In this document: positions 6,815 to 15,404 of the stretch, piece after piece
Numbering within the stretch: position 1 is the first letter of the stretch
How the letters are laid out: each line of letters opens with the position of its first letter
DNA from: a virus
Lineage: Duplodnaviria > Caudoviricetes
DNA: 54,901 bases
IMG/VR virus record: IMGVR_UViG_3300032087_000550
Span: 1-54,901 of that record
Reading direction: 5' to 3' (one strand)
The notes under the pieces: model-generated
Told to the model about the DNA's origin: nothing
The model's database searches: none
Seen by the model: the letters and a program-made list of their open reading frames with translations, nothing else
Program-made: the position numbers and the translations under genes

Positions 6815-9266
6815 CCGCATCCCCCTCTTTCCTGACGACGATACTTATCCGGGCTACACTCCTACAGAGTTTGAGACCGTGACTCCGGATGAGTATAGGG
6901 CAGGGCAGGTCAATTACTTCACACAGGTTCTCGGGCCTGAGACAGCCAGCTTGGAAGAAGAAACGGGCATCGAAGTTACTAAAGCCCCTGATGTTGATGG
7001 AGAAGAAACACGGGAAGAAGACCCGAGTTCAAAAATTCCAGACGCTATTCTTGGAGCTACACGGCCCACACTAGATGGCGGTGTCAGTGAAGCCTATGAG
7101 ATATCGTTCGATATTCCGGATATCGGTGGTAGCTATTCAGACTATTTAAAATCGGCAAACAAAACAGATCGCCTCTCTCTCGTAGAGAACATCTTTGAAC
7201 CGGGGTTCGATCCGGATGCCAGCATGGAATTGGGAAAGGGCATTTCGGGAGCATTCAAGGAAGGCGCGGAAAGAGTCAAGGCGTTTCCGGATAAACTAAA
7301 AAGCCCGGATGCTAAGGCTCGTACTGGAATAACGGGACTTGCAGCGGCAACTGGCCTTATTCCGGGTGCTATTGTAAGCGGGTTGCTAGGCGGCACCCGA
7401 GTGAAGAATGCTTTCAACAAAAACAGCTTTAGACCCCCCGGCTTGCTCGGTGGCATAGCTGACATGGTTCACTCGAAACAGTACGGGGATATGCAAGCCA
7501 TTCGAGCGGCCAGAATTGCGAACCCGTACGGCGACACGGGCTTCGCCATGTCTCTTGGTGGTTTTGGTGTTACCCGCGCTCCCGGCTCTAGAGTGTACAC
7601 GGGTAACACTGGCGGGATGGACATCGAAACCCTGACAAGTCTAGAGGCAATCAGTAAAGGTTACGATCCTATCAAGGGTCGTTACAATGCTCTCGATCCA
7701 AGTAAGAGCCAGACTGTGGTTGCTTCGGGGGGCATACAGGTGTCTAACAATCCGATGGACGGGTTCATTCGAGCTAACGGCACCGTCTATGACCCGAGGT
7801 TTATTGGCGCAGGAGCTTCGGCGGCGTACGCTCGTAGCGATATGATTGAGAAGGCCGCGCGGAGCTTTGGAATTTCAAGTGATGAAATGAGTGACGCGGT
7901 TGCTGTTGCTCGTTCTGGTCGAATGACCGTATCACAGGCTGTTCAGCAAATTCAATTTAAGAATGCTCGGGCCGTGCAACAGCAGAAGATAGCCGCCTAC
8001 AATCAGCAAAAGCAGGAGCAGCAAAGGGCGGGGCAGCAGCTTACGATTGCCCAAGCTAGGCCGGGTGAAATGCCTCAGAGCGAAGCCGCTGCAAAGGCAC
8101 AGCGGGAAGATAGTGGCGACGAGGGCTTCGACTATTCGAGCGCGGGTGTTGATGACGAAGGTGATGCTGCCCCAGACTACGATAGCAGCGGTTTGACTTC
8201 GTGGGCTTTGGGTGGTCGCATCGGTCTTGCGATGGGCGGCGCACCCGGAATGGCGTCCGGCTTTGTAGAACGTCCGCCTAGCCAAGTCCCCGAGGGCGAA
8301 ACCGTAGCCGATGATAAAAAGACCCAGCTTCCGGAGGGTGCGTTTGTTATCAACGCCGCAGCAGCCGAGTTTATGGGAACCAACGACGTTCGCACGATGC
8401 TGTTAGATGCACATAAAGAAGCACTTAGGCAGGGATTAGCAGTTGACAAACAAGGAAACGGTGCTAAACTAATAGACGTGGCGATATCTCGCGGTGAAGT
8501 CGTAGTCGCCCCACACCTCGCTAAAATAATTGGCTATGATCGCTTGACCAAGATCAACAATCGCGGCAAGCCCGAAACCCGCGAACGCATCGAAGAGAAC
8601 GGTCAGGCTCCGGCACCAGCCACTATGCAAGCCGCTACAGGTATGCTGGTTTCTGGTCAGATGGTGAACCCCACCCTCACACAACAAGACCTACGCGAAC
8701 AGGGTTTTCTTTCCAAAGAATACGCCCCGATGCCGGACACCCCCATCCCGTCCCGTGACGAAGATACCTTCTTCGGCTACACCGTGGGTGAATTGAAAAA
8801 AGCTATCAAGGATGTTGAGATTAAGGGTTTTGAAAAAGACCCGTACATTATCACAGGTGCTGCACGAGGAAAAAACAAATCGTCTGCCTTCGGACCTATG
8901 CAAGTTACCTATTCTACCCTAGAAGATTTTCAAAAGCGAAGCCCAGAATACAAACTCTTAGATAACGACAAAAAAGAATACGTCAACGACTTGATACAGC
9001 AGGGTCGTGATGTAGTCAACTATCAAAAGTTTGGCGCAGTCTATCGAAACGGCAAGCGTCAAAAAGTTTCTAAAGAACAAGCCAAAAATTTGAAGGCGTA
9101 CGGCAGCGGCACTATCGACCGCGCCCGCCACGAAGAACATTACGACGTTGTGGCTGATATGGTCCTTCGTCTTAAATTATCGGACCACGAGAACATTAAG
9201 GATGCTCTGGCTTCTTACGGCGAAGGCCCAGCCTATGCAAACAAGGTTCTCAAAGGTCTAGAATAA
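6807..9266 (+). CDS. Probable internal virion/ejection protein with C-terminal lysozyme-like (transglycosylase) domain
   Basis: IKDVE...SSAFGPMQVTYSTL...ALASYGEGPAYANKV; central GG..ADD..LPEGAFVINA..ISRGEVVV motif of tape-measure/pilot-like proteins. Confidence 0.65.
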   Translation: MVDRIPLFPDDDTYPGYTPTEFETVTPDEYRAGQVNYFTQVLGPETASLEEETGIEVTKAPDVDGEETREEDPSSKIPDAILGATRPTLDGGVSEAYEISFDIPDIGGSYSDYLKSANKTDRLSLVENIFEPGFDPDASMELGKGISGAFKEGAERVKAFPDKLKSPDAKARTGITGLAAATGLIPGAIVSGLLGGTRVKNAFNKNSFRPPGLLGGIADMVHSKQYGDMQAIRAARIANPYGDTGFAMSLGGFGVTRAPGSRVYTGNTGGMDIETLTSLEAISKGYDPIKGRYNALDPSKSQTVVASGGIQVSNNPMDGFIRANGTVYDPRFIGAGASAAYARSDMIEKAARSFGISSDEMSDAVAVARSGRMTVSQAVQQIQFKNARAVQQQKIAAYNQQKQEQQRAGQQLTIAQARPGEMPQSEAAAKAQREDSGDEGFDYSSAGVDDEGDAAPDYDSSGLTSWALGGRIGLAMGGAPGMASGFVERPPSQVPEGETVADDKKTQLPEGAFVINAAAAEFMGTNDVRTMLLDAHKEALRQGLAVDKQGNGAKLIDVAISRGEVVVAPHLAKIIGYDRLTKINNRGKPETRERIEENGQAPAPATMQAATGMLVSGQMVNPTLTQQDLREQGFLSKEYAPMPDTPIPSRDEDTFFGYTVGELKKAIKDVEIKGFEKDPYIITGAARGKNKSSAFGPMQVTYSTLEDFQKRSPEYKLLDNDKKEYVNDLIQQGRDVVNYQKFGAVYRNGKRQKVSKEQAKNLKAYGSGTIDRARHEEHYDVVADMVLRLKLSDHENIKDALASYGEGPAYANKVLKGLE
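8443..8470 (+). promoter_or_regulatory. Internal sigma70-type promoter upstream of scaffold/capsid genes
   Basis: TTGACA, 16 nt, TAAACT with extended TG. Confidence 0.5.
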
Positions 9267-9269
9267 TTC

Positions 9270-9341
9270 GCTGGCTACCCGCTACGTTCATTCGCGGCCC
9301 CAGCACAACCGGAGCGGCTACCCACAGCCAAGTGGCCCCGC
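9270..9341 (+). promoter_or_regulatory. Twin-hairpin cis-regulatory RNA element in the scaffold 5' UTR
   Basis: Two hairpins, each with GG-CUAC-CC / GG-CC-CC internal loop, ending just before the GAGGT SD. Confidence 0.65.
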
Positions 9342-9356
9342 AAGTGAGGTAAATAA

Positions 9357-10250
9357 ATGGCAAAAGCAAGAGGCCACCGTGCCAACAAAGCGAATGATTC
9401 GTTCGGAACCATCAACAATGATTCGCTCTATCGTGGGAAGTACCGCGACGAAGTCTACGAAGATGAAGACGACAATCAAGCGGAAGAAGCTGTAGAAGCA
9501 CAACAAGCGGACCCCGAAGAAGAGGCCACTCCGCAGGAAAGCACCAGTTTCGTAAAACAAAAACAAGAAGCTGACCACGACTACAAAAAACGGTATGACG
9601 ACTTGAAGCGTCACTACGACGAAAAGGTCGGAGAGTTCAAGAATGAAATCGAGACTCTTCGCAAGACCATGACCCAACACGCACAAGAAATGCCGCGTGG
9701 GGTCACGCCGCCAAAGACTGCAGAAGAACTGGAGGAGTTCAAGGAACGATATCCAGATGTGTTCGAGGTGGTGCAGACCGTATCAAGTCTCCAGACCGAA
9801 TCTCAGGTTGCACAACTCCGTGAGGAACTCGGTTCCATCAAGGAGCGGGAACAGGAGCTAGAAAAGCAGAAAGCCTTTGAGGAACTGCTTCGTCTCCAGC
9901 CCGATTTCAACGAGATCAAGACGGATGAAAAATTCCTTGCTTGGCTCGAAGAACAACCAACATCAATCTCAGACGGCATCTACAAAAACAACAAGGATGC
10001 CCGCTGGGCGGCACGGGTCGTAGACCTCTACAAGGCCGACGTTGGCCTTACCAAGAAGAAAGCCAAATCTTCGTCTGCTGCTGAAGCTGTCACCAAGACC
10101 CCTGTACGGGAAGTAAAGACAGAAGCAACAGACGGTAAGCGGATTTGGAAAGCTTCTGAAATCGGCAAGATGAAGCCGTGGCAATTCGAGAAGCTGGAAA
10201 GCGAACTCGACGCGGCACGTTCGGAAGGCCGAATCGACTACAACAACTAA
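9357..10250 (+). CDS. Capsid scaffolding protein
   Basis: Acidic coiled coil with YKKRYDDLKRHYD, directly upstream of the capsid gene; C-terminal ARSEGRI. Confidence 0.8.
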   Translation: MAKARGHRANKANDSFGTINNDSLYRGKYRDEVYEDEDDNQAEEAVEAQQADPEEEATPQESTSFVKQKQEADHDYKKRYDDLKRHYDEKVGEFKNEIETLRKTMTQHAQEMPRGVTPPKTAEELEEFKERYPDVFEVVQTVSSLQTESQVAQLREELGSIKEREQELEKQKAFEELLRLQPDFNEIKTDEKFLAWLEEQPTSISDGIYKNNKDARWAARVVDLYKADVGLTKKKAKSSSAAEAVTKTPVREVKTEATDGKRIWKASEIGKMKPWQFEKLESELDAARSEGRIDYNN

Positions 10251-10280
10251 CCTTAAACCTCAAATAGGAAGGAAAGACCA

Positions 10281-11255
10281 ATGGCTTTTGATAGTGCATC
10301 AGGTTACAATAACCTGCCTTCCGGCAATTTCACGCCGGAAATCTTCAGTCAAAAGGTTCTTAAGTTCTTCCGTCGCGCTTCGGTTGCTGAAGACATCACG
10401 AATACCGACTACGCTGGCGAAATTGAGAACTATGGTGATACCGTTCGTATCATCAAAGAGCCTACCATCACCGTTTCTAGCTACTCTCGTGGCTCGGTGG
10501 TAAACCCGCAAGACCTCGCTGACGATCAGACCACTATGGTGGTTGATCAGGCGAACGCCTTTGCATTTAAGATTGACGACATCGAAGAGCGTCAGTCTCA
10601 CGTCAACTTCGAGGCACTTGCCACCTCTTCGGGTGCGTACTCCTTGAAGCGTAACTACGACGCCAACATCCTGACTGCTATGGCATCGGGTGCGGGTCTG
10701 ACCGGCGAGTCCGGTGCCGCTACTGCACAGATTTCCGACATCGGTACTCTGGGTTCGGCTCTCGACATCGGTGGTGCAACCACTCCGGGCGACACTGCAG
10801 TCAACACCATGCTGGTGATGGCTCAAGCCCTCGACGACCAGTCTGTTCCAGAAGAGAACCGCTGGTTCGTTGCTCCCCCGGCTTTCTACAAGCACCTGTT
10901 CTCGGCTGGTGCGAAGTTCGCAGAAGTTCAGGTTACTGGCGATGCGACTTCCCCCCTGCGTAACGGCCTTGTGTCGCTGGGCAACATTGCTGGCTTCCAG
11001 TGCTACAAGTCTACTGCCCTCGTCTCGAACGGCGGCACTGACCAAGTAACGCTGTCCGGTCTGGCAACCGACGGGACTGAGAACCTGCTTCTTGCCGGTC
11101 ACATGTCCTCAACGGCTACTGCTTCGCACATCGCGAAGACCGAAGTTGTCCGTTCGACTGAAACCTTCTCTGACATCGTTCGTGGTCTGCACGTTTTCGG
11201 TCGCAAAGTTCTGCGTCCGGAGGCAATGGTTCGCGGCGTTGTTAGCCTCGACTAG
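10281..11255 (+). CDS. Major capsid protein
   Basis: NFTPEIFSQKVL...DYAGEI..YGDTVRI...FSDIVRGLHVFGRKVLRPEA, HK97-fold podovirus coat pattern; strong codon bias. Confidence 0.9.
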   Translation: MAFDSASGYNNLPSGNFTPEIFSQKVLKFFRRASVAEDITNTDYAGEIENYGDTVRIIKEPTITVSSYSRGSVVNPQDLADDQTTMVVDQANAFAFKIDDIEERQSHVNFEALATSSGAYSLKRNYDANILTAMASGAGLTGESGAATAQISDIGTLGSALDIGGATTPGDTAVNTMLVMAQALDDQSVPEENRWFVAPPAFYKHLFSAGAKFAEVQVTGDATSPLRNGLVSLGNIAGFQCYKSTALVSNGGTDQVTLSGLATDGTENLLLAGHMSSTATASHIAKTEVVRSTETFSDIVRGLHVFGRKVLRPEAMVRGVVSLD

Positions 11256-11272
11256 AACAGGGAGATTAGATA

Positions 11273-11686
11273 ATGGCTACTTACACTGTAACTAACGCTG
11301 TTGCTGGCGTCCCTGTCGGCATCAAGCCTCAACTCGTTGAGGTTGTCCTCGACTTCTCCACCACCAACATCGTTGCTGGTACGGACGTTGTTCAGGCAAT
11401 CGAGATGAAGGCCAACACTCTGGTCCTGATGGCTGGTGTTGAAATCCTCACTGCAGGTGGTGCAGGTTCGCTCATCGATTTGGGCGACACTGACGACGAC
11501 CTGTGGGTTTCGGACCTCGACGGTAACACTGCTAACGGCGTAGAGATGAGTGCTACTCCGAAGCTGTATACCGCCGCCGACACCATCGACCTCTCGGCTG
11601 ACACCGCTGACTTTGCTGGCAAGGTTCGCGTGTTCGCTCTGATGGCAGAACTGGGTGCGGGTGAAACTGCAGCCGCATTCGCCTAA
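11273..11686 (+). CDS. Probable capsid decoration/minor capsid protein
   Basis: 137-aa beta-rich protein after MCP with the same high-expression codon usage. Confidence 0.6.
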   Translation: MATYTVTNAVAGVPVGIKPQLVEVVLDFSTTNIVAGTDVVQAIEMKANTLVLMAGVEILTAGGAGSLIDLGDTDDDLWVSDLDGNTANGVEMSATPKLYTAADTIDLSADTADFAGKVRVFALMAELGAGETAAAFA

Positions 11687-11693
11687 CCAACCT

Positions 11694-11744
11694 GTCAGGG
11701 GGGCCACGTGCCCCCTTGACGCCTTTTTAATTTTATGATATAAG
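11694..11744 (+). terminator. Post-capsid hairpin/terminator overlapping a promoter
   Basis: GTCAGGGGGGC-cacgt-GCCCCCTTGAC then T-rich tract; TTGACG (11716), 17 nt, TATAAG (11739). Confidence 0.6.
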
Positions 11745-11773
11745 CAGCTAACCCTGCCGGGGGTAAACCCATT

Positions 11774-12070
11774 ATGCCACGCAAAAAGGAAACACCAATC
11801 AAACGTAGCACGTCTGGTAAGGGTGCAAACTATCGCCCGACCAAGTCGGGTGCTGGCATGACGGCAAAAGGGGTCAAAGAGTATCGTAAGAAGAACCCCG
11901 GTTCCAAACTCAAGACTGCAGTCACCGGCAAAGTGAAGCCCGGAAGCAAGGATGCAAAGCGGCGCAAGTCGTTTTGTGCCCGTTCTGCAGGTCAGATGAA
12001 AAAGTTCCCCAAAGCAGCAAAAGACCCGAACAGCCGCTTGAGACAGGCTCGGAAGAGGTGGAAATGCTAA
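11774..12070 (+). CDS. Small highly basic protein
   Basis: K/R-rich; GMTAKGV...RRKSFCARS...ARKRWKC. Confidence 0.75.
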   Translation: MPRKKETPIKRSTSGKGANYRPTKSGAGMTAKGVKEYRKKNPGSKLKTAVTGKVKPGSKDAKRRKSFCARSAGQMKKFPKAAKDPNSRLRQARKRWKC

Positions 12071-12447
12071 CTGCATTGATTGGCCCTATCTCGCAACTTG
12101 CGGGTACGTGGCTCGAAGGAAAGGTTGAAAAGACCAAAGCCGAAACCGGTGCGAAGGTTGCCAAAGCAAAAGCCGAAGCAACCATCATGGAAAAGAAAGC
12201 TACCGGTGAAATCGACTGGGACTTGGAAGCTATCAAGGGAAGCCAATCCTCGTGGAAAGACGAGTGGTTGGTTATTTTGTTTTCGGTACCCTTGATCCTT
12301 GCGTTCATCCCCGGAATGGAAGGCGTGGTTGCTAACGGCTTTGCACAACTCGATGCGATGCCCGAATGGTACCAATATTCGCTCGGTGTAATTGTTGCCG
12401 CATCGTTTGGCGTTCGTAGCGCAACCAAGTTCTTTGGAAAGAAATAA
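12064..12447 (+). CDS. Holin-like membrane protein
   Basis: SSWKDEW plus two TM segments and MPEWYQ...ASFGVR; upstream of endolysin. Confidence 0.7.
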   Translation: MLTALIGPISQLAGTWLEGKVEKTKAETGAKVAKAKAEATIMEKKATGEIDWDLEAIKGSQSSWKDEWLVILFSVPLILAFIPGMEGVVANGFAQLDAMPEWYQYSLGVIVAASFGVRSATKFFGKK

Positions 12448-12449
12448 CT

Positions 12450-12659
12450 ATGGCAGAGATGACCTTCGAACGCATTGCACAGTGGAAGCTTCTTCCCCGC
12501 TTTATGATGTTGATAATGACTCTGATGTCGTGGCGTTGTGCAGAGTGGTTTATGAACTTGGACGCCCCAACAGCTTCACAGTCCGCCTTTGTGAGCGTTG
12601 TGATGGGTGCTATGACCGGTGCGTTTGGCATATGGATGGGCGGAGAGAATAAAAAATGA
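12450..12659 (+). CDS. Two-TM membrane protein (lysis accessory?)
   Basis: Two hydrophobic segments; lies within the lysis cassette. Confidence 0.65.
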   Translation: MAEMTFERIAQWKLLPRFMMLIMTLMSWRCAEWFMNLDAPTASQSAFVSVVMGAMTGAFGIWMGGENKK

Positions 12660-13141
12660 AATATAACACATCGCATTTTCTCGACAAGCTGATTGCACAC
12701 GAGGGCATGGTCCTCACTGTGTATCAGGACACTCTCGGCATCGACACTATTGGTATCGGGCGCAATTTAAAAGACCGAGGGATCAGTAAAGAAGAACTCG
12801 ATTACATGGACATTCCGTCGATGGCTATTGTGTACGAACACGGTATCACGGAAGCGGATGCACGTTATCTTGCCATGAACGACATCAAGATCGTAGAGGA
12901 CGAACTGTGCCGCGTACATCCGTGCGTCAACGACCTCGACGCGGTACGTCAGCTAATCTTGATGGACATGGCCTTTAATATGGGTGTGCCACGCCTCTGT
13001 AAATTCAAAAACATGTGGAGTGCGATACACGAACAGAAGTTCGACATCGCAGCCGCAGAGATGCTCGACTCCCGTTGGGCGACACAGGTAGGTTCGCGGG
13101 CTGTTAAGCTTTCGGACGCAATGAAGAAGGGAGAGTTTTGA
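12656..13141 (+). CDS. Endolysin, T4-lysozyme-like (GH24)
   Basis: HEG-x-VYQD-x-TIGIG catalytic E-D-T pattern; MAFNMG; MLDSRWATQVGSRA. Confidence 0.9.
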   Translation: MKYNTSHFLDKLIAHEGMVLTVYQDTLGIDTIGIGRNLKDRGISKEELDYMDIPSMAIVYEHGITEADARYLAMNDIKIVEDELCRVHPCVNDLDAVRQLILMDMAFNMGVPRLCKFKNMWSAIHEQKFDIAAAEMLDSRWATQVGSRAVKLSDAMKKGEF

Positions 13142-13503
13142 TGCCTTTAACGGATAAAGGCAAAAAGATCATGTCTTCAATGAAACGTACCTACGGGGGC
13201 CGTAAGGGTGAGCAAGTCTTCTACGCAACACGCAACGCCGGAAAGATTGAAGGCGTGGAGAAAGAACAAGAACTCAAGAAGGGTGGCCGGGTTAGAAAAG
13301 CTAGCAAATCGTCGAAGTCTAAAGCGAAGAGCAAGAGTCGAGTTAATGAGGCTGGCAACTACACTAAGCCCGGAATGAGAAAGCGTCTGTTCGAACGTAT
13401 CAAGGCGGGTTCGAAGGGCGGCAAGCCGGGGCAGTGGTCAGCACGTAAAGCCCAGATGCTAGCACAACAGTATAAAAAAGCAGGAGGCGGTTACCGCGAC
13501 TAG
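13141..13503 (+). CDS. Basic protein (C-terminal half DUF5872-like)
   Basis: YTKP...GGKPGQWSARKAQ...YKKAGGGY. Confidence 0.7.
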   Translation: MPLTDKGKKIMSSMKRTYGGRKGEQVFYATRNAGKIEGVEKEQELKKGGRVRKASKSSKSKAKSKSRVNEAGNYTKPGMRKRLFERIKAGSKGGKPGQWSARKAQMLAQQYKKAGGGYRD

Positions 13504-13505
13504 CA

Positions 13506-13694
13506 ATGATGCACGTCTTTCTCCTGTTTGTTTTCTTGGGAACGGGAGAAGACAAGCGAAGAGTCAGCAACGACATGTATTTTCGCGACCTAAATGACTG
13601 CGTGTGGTACGCACAAAAACTCCACAAACAAGGAAACGAGGTTACGGCGTACTGCCTACCTAAACTGGTCGATAAAGATACGAAGGTATACTGA
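13506..13694 (+). CDS. Hypothetical protein
   Basis: Tightly packed ORF with hydrophobic N-terminus and YF...C...AYCLP. Confidence 0.65.
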   Translation: MMHVFLLFVFLGTGEDKRRVSNDMYFRDLNDCVWYAQKLHKQGNEVTAYCLPKLVDKDTKVY

Positions 13695-13695
13695 G

Positions 13696-14127
13696 ATGCT
13701 TGCTGAACTCGCTGCTGCCAATGCTGCATTCGCCGTAATCAAGACCGCTGTTCAGAACGGCAAGGATATTGCTGCTGCCGGTAGCGCGATTGCAAGCTTC
13801 GTCGGGGCTAAAGAAGACCTACAGAAAAAGGCACAGAAGAAGGGCAACGGCTCCGACCTCGAAGAGTTTATGGCTCTCGAACAGATTCGAGAACAAGAAG
13901 AGCAGCTAAAAACTATCATGATTTATGCGGGTCGTCCGGGTTTGTGGGGTGACTGGCAAAAGTTTCAAGCCAAAGCGCGGGTTGCCCGGAGAGAGGCGGA
14001 AGAGGCAGCGGCCCGCAAGCGTAAGCAGATGCTCGACATCGCCATTGTTACCTTCTTCTTTGTCTTGGGTTTGGTTATTTTGGGCTGTATCGTTGCCCTC
14101 GCTCTCCACGCACAGGGACGCCTCTAG
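13696..14127 (+). CDS. Coiled-coil protein with C-terminal TM helix
   Basis: MLAELAAANAAF... ending in a ~22-aa hydrophobic stretch. Confidence 0.7.
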   Translation: MLAELAAANAAFAVIKTAVQNGKDIAAAGSAIASFVGAKEDLQKKAQKKGNGSDLEEFMALEQIREQEEQLKTIMIYAGRPGLWGDWQKFQAKARVARREAEEAAARKRKQMLDIAIVTFFFVLGLVILGCIVALALHAQGRL

Positions 14128-14134
14128 TTTTTTC

Positions 14135-14163
14135 TTGTAAACTCTGGGTAACTGTGCTATAAT
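14135..14163 (+). promoter_or_regulatory. Sigma70-type promoter
   Basis: TTGTAA, 17 nt, TATAAT with extended TG. Confidence 0.7.
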
Positions 14164-14184
14164 AATGTTATTTGGGAGAGTTGC

Positions 14185-14406
14185 ATGGACCGCATGGTAA
14201 TCGAAGCCCTCAAGCACAAGTACGAATCTCTCAAGATGTCTGCACGGGAGACGTTCAAAACCTCCGACATCATGGAAGATATCGATGATGCCCTGCACAA
14301 GTGGTCCGTAGCAGATCGCAAGTTGCAAGAGATACAACTCATAGAGTGGGAACTCGAAGATTATGGCGAAGAAGAAGAGCCAACGCTCTTTGACAGCGTG
14401 GACTAA
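14185..14406 (+). CDS. Hypothetical acidic protein
   Basis: GGGAG SD downstream of the promoter. Confidence 0.65.
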   Translation: MDRMVIEALKHKYESLKMSARETFKTSDIMEDIDDALHKWSVADRKLQEIQLIEWELEDYGEEEEPTLFDSVD

Positions 14407-14623
14407 ACAGAAGTGGCGCACCAAGAGTGGGAAGCCGTCCACACAGGGTCCAAAAGCAACCGGGGAGCGATATCTACCGGAAAAGGCCATTAAAGCCCTC
14501 TCCGCGAAAGAGTACGCTGCTACGACTCGCGCGAAGCGTAAGGCCACGAAGGCCGGGAATCAGGTTTCGAAGCAGCCTAAAAAAATAGCGAAGAAGACAC
14601 GCGCGTATAGGAAGGTACGCTGA
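14363..14623 (+). CDS. Basic protein (DUF5872 second-half-like)
   Basis: QRSLTAWTKQKWRTKSGK...TGERYLPEKAIKALS..EYAATTRAKRK. Confidence 0.7.
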   Translation: MAKKKSQRSLTAWTKQKWRTKSGKPSTQGPKATGERYLPEKAIKALSAKEYAATTRAKRKATKAGNQVSKQPKKIAKKTRAYRKVR

Positions 14624-14985
14624 TGCCCATAGTTGATCGCGCTTCTAAATACTATACGGAATCTGTTTCGCTAACAACAACTGCGGATACGGATGTTTAC
14701 ACGGTACCCGCGAACTTTTCTTCTCACGTCGAACATTTCTTTATCAGCAACAACGACAGCAGTAATATAGACTACACACTAAAGTTTTATCACTCTGATG
14801 ATGATACAACCCATACTATTCTCGATAACCACGCTGTTGCAGGAAAGGGTATGGAATCCGTATTCACGGTGGACAAGCCACTGTATCTTCATACGGGCGA
14901 CAAGCTAATTGTGGCAGCAGGAACTGCTAATGAATTAGTTGCTACGATAAGCGTCGAAGAGTTTTTCGACCCAAACAAGACATAA
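14623..14985 (+). CDS. Putative structural beta-sandwich protein
   Basis: DVYTVPA...LYLHTGDKL pattern; TGATG coupling. Confidence 0.6.
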   Translation: MPIVDRASKYYTESVSLTTTADTDVYTVPANFSSHVEHFFISNNDSSNIDYTLKFYHSDDDTTHTILDNHAVAGKGMESVFTVDKPLYLHTGDKLIVAAGTANELVATISVEEFFDPNKT

Positions 14986-14996
14986 GGGAGTAAACT

Positions 14997-15401
14997 ATGT
15001 CTGCAAAATCTAACTACTTGGAGAAGGCGGTCTTGGACCACGTGTTAGGTACGTCGGCAATGACTTCCCCGACTGTCTATCTTTCACTCTACACGACCAA
15101 CCCTGCAGAAGACGACAGCGGCACGGAGCTTTCTGGCAACGGATACGCTCGTCAGGCTGTGTCGTTTAACGCTGCTTCTAGTGGCGCGGGTTCTGCGACA
15201 GGCCCGACAGTTGCAAAAGACTTTACAGCATCGGGGGGTAACTGGGGAACCGTAACCCACTTCGGGTTGCACGATGGTTCAACTGCGGGCGGGTCTCCTG
15301 ATAATCTACTTTATTACGGCGAACTATCAGAAGACAAGCTTATTGAGGACGGCGACACCCTTCGTTTTGCCGCAGATAGCATCACTATTACTGAGGCTTA
15401 A
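14997..15401 (+). CDS. Putative fibre-associated structural protein
   Basis: SNYLE...YLSLYT...GTELSGNGYARQ...WGTVTHFGL. Confidence 0.65.
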   Translation: MSAKSNYLEKAVLDHVLGTSAMTSPTVYLSLYTTNPAEDDSGTELSGNGYARQAVSFNAASSGAGSATGPTVAKDFTASGGNWGTVTHFGLHDGSTAGGSPDNLLYYGELSEDKLIEDGDTLRFAADSITITEA

Positions 15402-15404
15402 ACT

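Noticed and set aside
11250-11275. Capsid read-through or frameshift extension as in T7 10B
   Set aside because: No slippery site seen; the downstream gene is out of frame and has its own SD
10299-12076. Long - strand ORFs (267 and 274 aa) opposite capsid genes
   Set aside because: Antisense shadows of strongly codon-biased genes, with no motifs or SD
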